Part shown: positions 8,501 to 15,149 of the stretch, piece by piece | Numbering within the stretch: position 1 is the stretch's first letter | Layout: each line of letters starts with the position of its first letter | Assembly: GCA_038203635.1 (NCBI GenBank) | Contig: JBBRDT010000001.1 | Location: forward strand, 22,003-86,002 | Source: Solirubrobacterales bacterium | Lineage (GTDB): Bacteria; Actinomycetota; Thermoleophilia; Solirubrobacterales; JBBDJG01 | Direction: 5' to 3' | DNA: 64,000 nucleotides | Made by a program: the position numbers and the translations under genes | The notes under the pieces: generated by a model | Database searches by the model: none | What the model saw: only the letters and a program-made list of their open reading frames with translations | What the model was told of the DNA's origin: nothing

Positions 8501-10821
8501 CAACGTTCGTCTCCGCCACGCCCTCACAGGGCGGCTGCTCGGAGACGGCCGGCACGGTCACCTGCGCGCTCGACACGATCGCCGACCAAGGCAGCGCGAC
8601 GGTCGAGATCAAGGTCACGCCACGCGAGGGTGAAGTGATCACGAACGACGCGACCGTTTCCTCCGACGAGGGTGACCCGACCCCCTCGAACAACTCGGAC
8701 AGCGCCGACACGACCGTGAGCCCGGCCGCCGACCTCGAGCTGACCAAGACGGACTCGCCCGACCCGATTCCGGCGGGCGGACTGCTCACCTACACACTCG
8801 CCGTCCACAACGCCGGCCCTTCGAGCGCACCCGCCGTCCAGCTTTCCGACACCCTGCCGGCCGGCGTGACCTTCGTCTCCGCTGAGCCGACGCAGGGCAC
8901 CTGCAGCCAGGCAGCGGGCATCGTGGACTGCGCGCTCGGCACCATCGCCGACCAGGCAACAGCGAACGTCGCGATCAAGGTCAGGCCGCAGGCCCCCGGC
9001 ACGATCACGAACGTCGCCAGCGTCCTCTCCCTCGCGCTCGATGCCGACACGGCTGACAACAACGCGAGCGCCGAGACGACCGTCGGTCAGGCCGCCGACC
9101 TGTCGCTGACCAAGACCGGCTCGCCGGACCCGGTGCTGCCGGGAGCGCAGCTGACCTACATGCTCACGGTGCACAACGCCGGTCCCGAGACCGCCACGGT
9201 GGTGAGCTTGACCGACACCCTGCCGGGTGGCGTGACCTTCGACTCCGCGACCCCGTCGCAGGGCACCTGCTCCGAGTCGAGCGGCACAGTCACCTGCGCG
9301 CTCGGCACACTCGCCGACGAGGGCGGCGCAAGCGTCGAGATCGACGTCACCCCACAGAGCCCCGGGACGATCACGAACCAGGCGAGCGTGTCGTCGGAGG
9401 TGGACGATCCCGAGCCCGCCGACAACTCCGCAAGCGCGGTGACCACGGTGTCTCCGGTCGCAGACCTCTCGGTCTCGAAGTCCGATGCGCCCGACCCGAT
9501 CCTGGTCGAGGAGCTATTGACCTACTCCCTGTCGGTTGAGAACTCCGGGCCGTCCAGCGCCACCGGCACGAGCTTGACCGACACCCTGCCGGCCGGCGTG
9601 ACCTTCGAGTCGGCCACGTCGACGCAGGGCACCTGCTCGGAGTCGAGCGGCACGGTCACCTGCGCGCTCGGCTCTCTCGCCAACGGCGCAATTGTGGATG
9701 TCGAGATCAAGGTGAGGCCGCAGACAGCCGGCGACATCACCAACCAGGCGGACGTGACCTCGGACGAGCATGACCCGGCTTCGGGGAACAACTCCGCCAG
9801 CGCCACGACGACCGTGAACAGGATCGCCAACCTTTCGCTCACCAAGTCCGACTCGCCCGACCCGGCGGTGGTGAACGAGCAGGTCACGTACACGCTCTCG
9901 GTCCAGAACTCCGGTCCCTCGAACGCCACCGGCGTGAGCCTCACGGACACCTTGCCGGGTGGCGTCACGTTCGAGTCGGCCACCCCGACTCAGGGAAGCT
10001 GCACACAGGCCGCCGGCACCGTCAGCTGCGCCCTCGGCACCATCGCGAACGGCGCGGACGCGACCGTGACGGTCCGCATCAGGCCACAGAGCGCGGGCTC
10101 GATCACCAACAACGCACAAGTGAGCTCCGGCGCCACGGACCCGAGTACGGGTGACAACACTGCGAGCGCACAGACGACGGTCAACCCGGCCATCGGGTAC
10201 ACACGCCCGAAGACCGCCACGAAAGTGCGCGTTCCGCTCGTCCCGGCCTATGTGGCGTGCGCAGGGCCCAATGGCTTCCACGGTCCCCCGCTCGGCAGTG
10301 CTTCCTGCAAGCCTCCGACCAGAGTCTCGACATTCGTGACCATCGGGTCCCCGGACGCCAACGGGGCCACGGCGAATTCTTCGGGCTCGGCGCGATTCAA
10401 GGTGATGCTCAACGACCTGAGCATCACCGCAAACATCACGGACATCCGGTGCGGCAACGGGACCAGCGCCTGCGGCGCCGCCAACGCCCAGGACGGCCCC
10501 GACTACTCGGGCCAGCTCCAGCTCGCCCTGCCGCTGCGTATCACCGACAGGTTCAGCGGCTCGGCCGGCGGGGTGGCGGCGACCGTTTCGGACACGTCCT
10601 TCCCGGTGCCGATGGCCTGCTCCGAGGTCGCAAACCAAGCGATCGGCTCCACCTGCAGCGTCACCACCTCCGCCAATGCGGTGCTCCCGGGCGCGATCCA
10701 GACTGGCAGGCGCACCGTCTGGCAGATGGATCGGGTGCAGGTGTTCGACGGAGGCGCGGACGGCGTCGCCTCGACCGCCGGGAACGGGCTCTTCGCAGTG
10801 CAGGGCGTGTTCGTGCCGTAG
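2542..10821 (+). CDS. giant secreted protein: purple-acid-phosphatase-type metallophosphoesterase + 17 DUF11 repeats + ~205-aa Cys-containing C-terminal domain
   Basis: Signal peptide MQGRVLGVATLVAVAALALLPSGASG. PAP motif set GDWG / GDNAY / GNHDY / FWHYP / GHSHNY. Then 17 tandem ~121-aa repeats of the DUF11 type (ADLxLTKTDSPDPV..LTYTLxVxNxGPSxA..TDTLPxGVTFxSAxPxQGxC..VTCxLGT..ITNxAxV..NNxASAxTTVxP). Start is either TTG 2542 or ATG 2557 (GAGG 9 nt upstream). Confidence 0.9.
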   Translation: MRRCRMQGRVLGVATLVAVAALALLPSGASGVYDAKLKRYPYLTDLVGTSVMVNFGTDISSTSALVKYGPVGNCTANTVTATRTFILVNGVSEYQWKGQISGLAANTQYCYRIFFGSAQLDLLGTDASPIFTTQIAAGSNSPFKFAVFGDWGKVGATGNPDQANVLAQIAASGSRFAVTTGDNAYETGSQKDYGDLYQTGANTSAVFGPSFWKVAGASLPLFAAPGNHDYNNSTILTNWPQDTAASTSGGRYQTDTYCCQNGTTSADYPSTWYAFDAGQARFYVLNTAWDDTNAGTTTAFKNDFDNHWGPNSPQYQWLANDLATHPKALRFAFWHYPLNSDSSEGGPDTYLQGANSLEGLLKTYDVTASFNGHSHNYQRNTAPPGGIPAHITGGGGANLESIGSTNGCGAQDAYGIGWSNTANVGSRCGAAPTPATKDRVHHFLLVSVSGTSVTVTPTDELGRTFDPITYNAPALNANLSLTNTDAPDPVLVGQQVTYTLTVGNAGPRAATGTVVTDTLPAGMIFDSATPSQGTCSQSGVTVTCQLGTVGNGATPTIQIKGRPQSTGTINNSATVASNVNDPTTSNNSASASTVVNPAADLAVTKTGSPDPIAVGTQLTYTVGVSNAGPSSATGITLTDTLPAGVTYNSATPTQGSCSQASGTVTCSLGTLANAASASVSIKVTPQAEGSITNQANVVSLTGDPNTANNGASAVTTVNPAADLALTKTDSPDPVLVGQQLTYTLTTQNAGPSGAAAVQLTDTLPAGVTFVSAVPSQGTCSQSAGVVTCSLGTIANAANASVSIKVTPQSTGSITNQASVTSSVTDPNSANNTASAATLVNPVADMVVTKTDSPDPVLVGQPLTYTVGVQNSGPSSATSVSMTDTLPGGVTFNSAVPSQGSCSQAAGVVTCPLGTIASGAGASIQITVTPQSTGSITNQASASSSVSDPNSANNTASAATLVNPAANLSLTKTDSPDPVLQRQELTYSLGVSNAGPSSATSVVVTDTLPSGVTYNSATPSQGSCANSSGTVTCSLGTIANGASATIQIKITPPSTGSITNSASATSGVSDPTPANNSASASTLVNPVADLSITKSDSPDPVSSGQQLTYTLALQNSGPSGATGVTVTDTLPGGVTYNSATPSQGTCSQSSGTVTCNLGAVANGANASVSIVVTPTGGTTITNQASVSAATADPALVNNASSASTTVDPIADLSLTNSDAPDPVLSGNELTYTLGVHNSGPASAPSASLSDTFPAGVTYVSATTTQGSCARSGNTVICALGTLSSGADVTVTIKVNTGAPGTITNDATVLSTATDPSSGNNSASAVTTVKPVADLALTKSDAPDPVLAGQLLTYTLGVSNGGPQDAPGVTVTDTLPAGVTFESATPTQGSCTQLAGTVTCALGTVANSGSASVDVKVRPQSEGSITNQASVTSGAGDLNPSNDSASAQTTVDPAADLELTKTDSADPVYSGDELTYTLAVHNAGPSATSGVALSDTLPAGATYVSFTASQGSCFRSGSSVLCSLGTLANQANATVTIKVIAQAVGTLTNTANVFGMNADTDTADNAASADTTVNPSANLSLTKSDSPDPVAAGELLTYSLGVQNAGPQAATGVTVTDTLPAGVLFESATASQGDCTESSGTVTCALGTVANAGSASVEIKVRPQEGGQITNQATVDSDLEDQVPGNNSASAVTTVDPAADLSLTKTDSPDPVLAGELLTYTLAVHSAGPSSATAVQVTDNLPAGVTFDSADPTQGTCTESSGTVTCALGTLAGGADAGVEIKVRPQQGGSITNEASVSSAVQDPTSSNNSASAETTVVPAADLSLTKTDTPDPALEDEQLTYLLTVQNAGPQSATGVALTDNLPAGVTFDSATPSQGTCSESSGTVTCALGTIADEGSASVEIKVTPPDPATLTNEASVSSDLADPDSADTTASAETTVRPVADLALTKSDAPDPILAGEELTYTLTVDNSGPRSATSVQLTDTLPATATFVSATPSQGGCSETAGTVTCALDTIADQGSATVEIKVTPREGEVITNDATVSSDEGDPTPSNNSDSADTTVSPAADLELTKTDSPDPIPAGGLLTYTLAVHNAGPSSAPAVQLSDTLPAGVTFVSAEPTQGTCSQAAGIVDCALGTIADQATANVAIKVRPQAPGTITNVASVLSLALDADTADNNASAETTVGQAADLSLTKTGSPDPVLPGAQLTYMLTVHNAGPETATVVSLTDTLPGGVTFDSATPSQGTCSESSGTVTCALGTLADEGGASVEIDVTPQSPGTITNQASVSSEVDDPEPADNSASAVTTVSPVADLSVSKSDAPDPILVEELLTYSLSVENSGPSSATGTSLTDTLPAGVTFESATSTQGTCSESSGTVTCALGSLANGAIVDVEIKVRPQTAGDITNQADVTSDEHDPASGNNSASATTTVNRIANLSLTKSDSPDPAVVNEQVTYTLSVQNSGPSNATGVSLTDTLPGGVTFESATPTQGSCTQAAGTVSCALGTIANGADATVTVRIRPQSAGSITNNAQVSSGATDPSTGDNTASAQTTVNPAIGYTRPKTATKVRVPLVPAYVACAGPNGFHGPPLGSASCKPPTRVSTFVTIGSPDANGATANSSGSARFKVMLNDLSITANITDIRCGNGTSACGAANAQDGPDYSGQLQLALPLRITDRFSGSAGGVAATVSDTSFPVPMACSEVANQAIGSTCSVTTSANAVLPGAIQTGRRTVWQMDRVQVFDGGADGVASTAGNGLFAVQGVFVP
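3961..10189 (+). repeat. coding tandem array, 17 units of ~363-366 nt (DUF11 repeats)
   Basis: The ADL(S/A/E)LTK(T/S)D(S/A)PDP repeat-unit start motif recurs 17 times in the translation. Many units share long identical DNA strings such as tcgcccgacccggtgctggtcggccagcag. Confidence 0.9.
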
Positions 10822-10834
10822 ACCGGTAACGGCC

Positions 10835-10848
10835 GGAACGGCCGTTCC
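10835..10848 (+). terminator. GC-rich perfect palindrome 14 nt after the giant gene stop (possible terminator hairpin, no U-tract)
   Basis: ggaacgg|ccgttcc. There is no T-run, so this is weak. Confidence 0.2.
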
Positions 10849-10874
10849 CTCCGGGTGGCCACAGTGGTGCTAGG

Positions 10875-11915
10875 TTGGCACCGACCCGAGGGGGAAGGTG
10901 CGGAGCCGCACGTCGCACCGTGTCGATCGACGACTGGTCACCCGACGGAGCCAAGGTCGCCTTTTACGACACCTGCACGGTGGAGGGCACCTGCTACAGC
11001 GGGATCTCGACACAACCCGCTGACGGATCGTCCCCTCCCACGAAGCTCGAAGACGGCTACGGCACGCATCCGCATTGGTCCCCGGACGGCAAGAAGATCG
11101 TGTTTCGGAGCCCTCGCGAAAACGGCCCCTGCTGCGGCCGCCCCAACTTCCTTTACACCATCAACGCGGACGGAACAGGCCTGTTTCGGGTCACCACCCA
11201 CAACACGGTCGAGTCCTCCTGGCAGCCCATCCCGATCAACTCCTACCCCCGCCCCAAGAGCGCGACACCGTTCGACGTATCGCTGGTGCCCGCCTACACC
11301 CAGTGCACGGCGCCCAACCGCACGCATGGCCCGTCGCTCGGCTTCGGCTCCTGCAACCCGCCCACGACGGCCTCCGACGAGCTCACGCTCGGTGCCCCCG
11401 ACGTAAACGGCAAGCCCGTGCGCGCCACGGGCCTCGTGCAATACGCCGCGCTGGCCGGCGACGTGCGGATCACGGTGGCGCTCAAAGACGTCTACGACCA
11501 GCAGCCGCTGGGCGACTACAGCGGTGAGCTGCGCGTCCGCACCGGACTGCGGATCACCGACAAGCTGAACACACCGCACCCGGGCGGCCCGGGCGCGGCG
11601 ACCGTGTCCGACACCACACTCGGGGCGACCGTGACCTGCACCGTCACCGCCGATCCCGACACAGGTGCGGCGTGCAACCTGCTCACGAGCGCCAACACGC
11701 TCGTCCCCGGCACCGTCACCGCGGGCAAGCGCTCGGTATGGGGGCTGGGCCAGGTGCAGGTGGACGACGGCGGCGCCGACGGGGATGCCTACACGCCGGG
11801 CGACAACACCCTGTCATGGTGCAGGGCGTATTCGTACCGTAGTCGCGTAGACGGCTGTTCTAGTCAGGCGGCCGCGCGGACCGTCGACACTCTTTGTAGA
11901 GAGAGTGATATGTAG
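10875..11915 (+). CDS. PD40/TolB-like repeat fragment fused to the same C-terminal domain as the giant protein; probable 3' frameshift, no signal peptide
   Basis: PD40 signatures DDWSPDGAKVAF, HPHWSPDGKKIVF, YTINADGTGLFRVT. Residues from YPRPKSATPFDVSLVPAY onward align with YTRPKTATKVRVPLVPAY... of the upstream protein. Start is TTG 10875 or GTG 10920. A paralog-predicted stop lies at 11840-11842 in the +1 frame. Confidence 0.6.
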   Translation: MAPTRGGRCGAARRTVSIDDWSPDGAKVAFYDTCTVEGTCYSGISTQPADGSSPPTKLEDGYGTHPHWSPDGKKIVFRSPRENGPCCGRPNFLYTINADGTGLFRVTTHNTVESSWQPIPINSYPRPKSATPFDVSLVPAYTQCTAPNRTHGPSLGFGSCNPPTTASDELTLGAPDVNGKPVRATGLVQYAALAGDVRITVALKDVYDQQPLGDYSGELRVRTGLRITDKLNTPHPGGPGAATVSDTTLGATVTCTVTADPDTGAACNLLTSANTLVPGTVTAGKRSVWGLGQVQVDDGGADGDAYTPGDNTLSWCRAYSYRSRVDGCSSQAAARTVDTLCRESDM

Positions 11916-14045
11916 GTGCCCATCCTTGAAGCTGGACCGCAGCACCGCCCCCGTGCGGCCAGCCTCGCCAACAGCAATCTGACCGTCCACCAGCCGGAGA
12001 CGCTGCCGGCTGCAGTGCGGAACGACGTTCGCGTCGCTCCGCCTGTTGCACCCGTCCTGCAGCTCGCATTGTTCCTGCCGCTGGGGATCGTGGCGGTCGC
12101 AGTCATCGTCTACCTGCTCGGGGTCGGATTCGGGCCGCTCGACGGCTTCATGGGCCGCTGGGCGGTCCTGGTGCTCGAGGTCGGTGGCGCCGTCGCCTGC
12201 CTCTCACGTGCCGCCCTCGTGCGCGAGGAGCGCCGCGCCTGGACGATGATCGGCATCGGGGTGGGACTCTGGGCGGCGGGAGACGCCTACTACCGGACCG
12301 TGCTCTTCGACTCCGAGGTCCCGCCGGTCCCCTCCCCGGCGGATGCCCTCTGGCTCCTTTTCTACCCGTTCGCCTACACGGGCACCGCACTCCTCATCCG
12401 CGCCCGGGCGCGCGACGTGCGCGCGACGGTCTGGATCGACGGATTGATCGCTGCGCTCGCCGTGGCCGCGGTTGCGGCCACGGTCGTCTTCAATGTCGTC
12501 CTGGCCGGCATCGGCGGTACACCGCTCGAGACGGCCACCAACCTGGCTTACCCGCTGATGGACATGCTGCTGCTGGCGTTCGTCGTCGCAGCATTCGCGA
12601 TCACGGGGTGGCGGCTCGACCGCACCTGGATCTGGCTCGCAGTCGGCCTCGCCATCTTCGCGGTGACCGACAGCATCTACCTGTATCAAGTAGCGCGAGG
12701 TACCTACACCCCTGGCGGCGTGCTCGACGCCGGCTGGGGCGCCGCGCTCCTCGTGATGGGGCTCGCTGCCTGGCGCTTCGGGAAGGAGGCTCGACAGGCG
12801 CGAAGAGCCGAGACCTGGCGCTCGATCATCTTGCCGATCCTGTTCGGCGTCCTTGCAGTCGGGATCGAGACCTACGACCACTTCACGCGGGTGACGGTGC
12901 TGGCGCTTGGCTTGACAGGGGCATGCCTGCTGGCGGTCCTGGGCCGGCTGGCAATCACGTTCGCTCAGAACCTGCGTATGTTGCACGTAAGCCGGGAAGA
13001 GGCTGCGACCGACGCGCTGACCGGGCTCGCCAACCGCCGGCAACTCGCGATCGACCTGGACGAGGTGCACTCCAAGCCGGAAACCGAGGTTTGCTGCCTG
13101 CTCATACTGTTCGACCTCAACGGCTTCAAGCTCTACAACGACACCTTCGGCCACCCCGCCGGCGACGCGCTGCTGACGCGACTCGGAGCACGGCTGCAAA
13201 CCAGGGTCGAGGGGCAAGGCACCGCGTACCGGATGGGCGGAGACGAGTTCTGCGTGTTGGTTCCCCGTGACCAGGCGCCTGAGGTCGTGGTGCCTGCGAT
13301 CGCCGCGGCGCTCTGCGAGCGTGGCGAGGCCTTTTACATCGACTGCTCCTTTGGCTGGGCTGCATTGCCGGAGGAAGCACATGACGCCCAGGCCGCACTG
13401 CGGCTCGTCGATCAGCGCATGTATGCCCAGAAGCAGGATGGCCGGGCGAGCGCCAGCGCGCAGAGCAAGGACGTATTGCTCCAGGCGCTGGTCGAGCGCA
13501 GCCCGGCTCTCGGCCCCCACCTCACAGATGTCGCTGAACTGGCAGAGGCGACCGCGCGAGAGCTCGGGCTCACCGATTTGGAGCGCGAGCAAGTGCGTGT
13601 CGCGGGCGAGCTGCACGACATCGGCAAGGTCGCCATACCCGACGCCATCCTCGACAAGCCCGGCCCGCTCGACGACAGCGAGTGGGAGTACGTCAAGCGC
13701 CACTCCGCCGTGGGCGAAAGGATCATCGCCGCGGCCCCCGCGCTTGCCGAGGTCGCGAAGCTCGTGCGCTGCATCCACGAGCGGATCGACGGCACCGGCT
13801 ACCCGGACGGGCTGGCCGGTGACGAGATTCCCCTGGGCGCACGTCTGATCGCCGTTTGCGATGCGTACGCCGCGATGACGAACGAGCGTCCCTACCGTCT
13901 CACCATGGACACTTCCAGCGCGATCGCCGAGCTACGACGAAATGCCGGCACTCAGTTCGACCCCGAGATCGTGCGGGCCTTCTGCGTCGCGTGCGAGCGG
14001 AAGCTGGATGCCGTCCCGCTCAGCCTCGCCGCTGCCGGTGCGTAA
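11916..14045 (+). CDS. membrane-bound GGDEF + HD-GYP c-di-GMP turnover protein
   Basis: Multiple N-terminal TM helices. GGDEF domain (ATDALTGLANRRQL..GGDEFCVL). HD-GYP domain (HDIGKVAIPD..HERIDGTGYPDGL). GTG start abuts the previous ORF, and an internal start is possible. Confidence 0.85.
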   Translation: MPILEAGPQHRPRAASLANSNLTVHQPETLPAAVRNDVRVAPPVAPVLQLALFLPLGIVAVAVIVYLLGVGFGPLDGFMGRWAVLVLEVGGAVACLSRAALVREERRAWTMIGIGVGLWAAGDAYYRTVLFDSEVPPVPSPADALWLLFYPFAYTGTALLIRARARDVRATVWIDGLIAALAVAAVAATVVFNVVLAGIGGTPLETATNLAYPLMDMLLLAFVVAAFAITGWRLDRTWIWLAVGLAIFAVTDSIYLYQVARGTYTPGGVLDAGWGAALLVMGLAAWRFGKEARQARRAETWRSIILPILFGVLAVGIETYDHFTRVTVLALGLTGACLLAVLGRLAITFAQNLRMLHVSREEAATDALTGLANRRQLAIDLDEVHSKPETEVCCLLILFDLNGFKLYNDTFGHPAGDALLTRLGARLQTRVEGQGTAYRMGGDEFCVLVPRDQAPEVVVPAIAAALCERGEAFYIDCSFGWAALPEEAHDAQAALRLVDQRMYAQKQDGRASASAQSKDVLLQALVERSPALGPHLTDVAELAEATARELGLTDLEREQVRVAGELHDIGKVAIPDAILDKPGPLDDSEWEYVKRHSAVGERIIAAAPALAEVAKLVRCIHERIDGTGYPDGLAGDEIPLGARLIAVCDAYAAMTNERPYRLTMDTSSAIAELRRNAGTQFDPEIVRAFCVACERKLDAVPLSLAAAGA

Positions 14046-14103
14046 TGCGTTTGGCCCGGCTCTCATGCGGTTAACGCCTTCGTAACGGGCTCGTAACCGG
14101 GTA

Positions 14104-14466
14104 TTGACAGACCAGACCCCCGGCGGGGGTACCCTGTTCGTGCTAAAGCGAGTTTTCACCCCGCCGATGAGGATCGAGGAGGCGGTACGCCGGCAACCGG
14201 CCGGCAGGCAAGCTTTGTTCGACCACTTGCCCGACATATCTCGATGGCGACCCACCGGATCGCGGCGCTGGGCGCGACCGGAACGACCGTGCGCCACGTT
14301 CCGCAAGCCCTCCCGCACCGTCCGGGTGGAGCCGATCCGCCGCCCCGCCGAGCACGACCGCGCCGCGTCCGAGCCGGCAGAGAGGCCGGACACCGAGAAG
14401 CAACCGGAGCGCCCGCAGCGCTCTTCCCCCACTCCGAGAAAGTCGCCGAGCCGGGCTCGCCAATGA
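14104..14466 (+). CDS. possible small basic, disordered protein translationally coupled to the next gene
   Basis: Its 3' half has high GC3, and its stop overlaps the next start (caATGAtc). No recognisable domain, and the start is uncertain. It could equally be a long leader. Confidence 0.3.
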   Translation: MTDQTPGGGTLFVLKRVFTPPMRIEEAVRRQPAGRQALFDHLPDISRWRPTGSRRWARPERPCATFRKPSRTVRVEPIRRPAEHDRAASEPAERPDTEKQPERPQRSSPTPRKSPSRARQ

Positions 14467-15026
14467 TCGAGGAGATCTCACCTCCGCGCCCCGAGTCGGC
14501 GGACTTCCAGACGCCGGACCTGATCGAGCCGGTCGTGGCCTTTCGCAGCTGGCGATTGGTCGACGGCGCGCTGCGATCCGTCTATCTACCTGTCTTCTGG
14601 ACCGAGAGAGAGGTCGAGGCCACGTGCATGGGCTCCGAGGCACCCGGTACCCACTCCCCCCGGTCCGCTCCCCCCGGTCACGAGGCGCCGGACCGCGGAT
14701 GCACCTGCGGCATCTACGCGTACTACGAGCCCGACAGGAACTTTCCCACCGTCGACCACCGCGGCGTGATCGGGATCGTGAGCCTCTGGGGCACGATCGA
14801 GCTGCACGATGACGGCATGCGCGCACAGCACGCACGCGTCGAGGCGCTGGCGCTCTACTCGCGCTGGACCACGCGGCACATCGAGGCGGTGCGTGAGGTG
14901 GCACGCGAGCTGGGCGTCGACCTGGTCGACCTCGACGAGATCGAGGATGCGGCCCGCCGCTACGGACGGCACATCAGCCGCGAGCTCGTACCCGGCGCCG
15001 GGCGCGAGCCGCAGACGGCCCGCTAA
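14463..15026 (+). CDS. hypothetical protein with C..H..CxC (CTCGIYAYY) putative zinc site
   Basis: ATG 14463 (MIEEISPP...). Conserved-looking core SWRL..G.L.S..W..ATC..GHEAPDRGCTCGIYAYY..IVSLWGTIELHDDGMRAQHARV. High GC3. Confidence 0.55.
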   Translation: MIEEISPPRPESADFQTPDLIEPVVAFRSWRLVDGALRSVYLPVFWTEREVEATCMGSEAPGTHSPRSAPPGHEAPDRGCTCGIYAYYEPDRNFPTVDHRGVIGIVSLWGTIELHDDGMRAQHARVEALALYSRWTTRHIEAVREVARELGVDLVDLDEIEDAARRYGRHISRELVPGAGREPQTAR

Positions 15027-15149
15027 CTAACGGCGCTCGCCGGTAAACGGCGCGGACTGCGGGGCCGCCAGGCAAGGACGCAGGGAGACCGCGTACCGGT
15101 GGTACGTGGTCGACTGAGGACGCAGCATGGCGGTTCCGGAGTCCGCCGT

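Noticed and set aside
3961-10189. Regular repeat array considered as CRISPR or satellite
   Set aside because: The period is ~363 nt, it lies entirely inside one open reading frame, there are no unique spacers, and it encodes DUF11 domains.
3193-10638. Many long ORFs on the minus strand and in alternative plus frames across the giant gene (e.g. 3193..5121, 7174..8076, 9514..10638)
   Set aside because: They mirror the 363-nt repeat periodicity of the DUF11 array and translate to low-complexity Arg/Gly/Asp strings. They are artefacts of a stop-poor GC-rich repeat.
12204-13778. 524-aa minus-strand ORF opposite the GGDEF/HD-GYP gene
   Set aside because: It has no motifs, whereas the plus frame carries clear GGDEF and HD-GYP signatures.
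14104-14140. TTGACA hexamer as the -35 of a promoter, with the cccccggcggggg hairpin
   Set aside because: The only TAnnnT-like -10 candidate (taccct) is 20 nt away, outside the usual 16-18 nt spacing. A single hexamer match is not evidence.
14140-14200. Possible c-di-AMP (ydaO-type) or other riboswitch in the long leader (cggggtgaa on the minus strand)
   Set aside because: Only one short string resembles the consensus. It has the wrong strand context and no supporting pseudoknot or helix pattern that I could trace.
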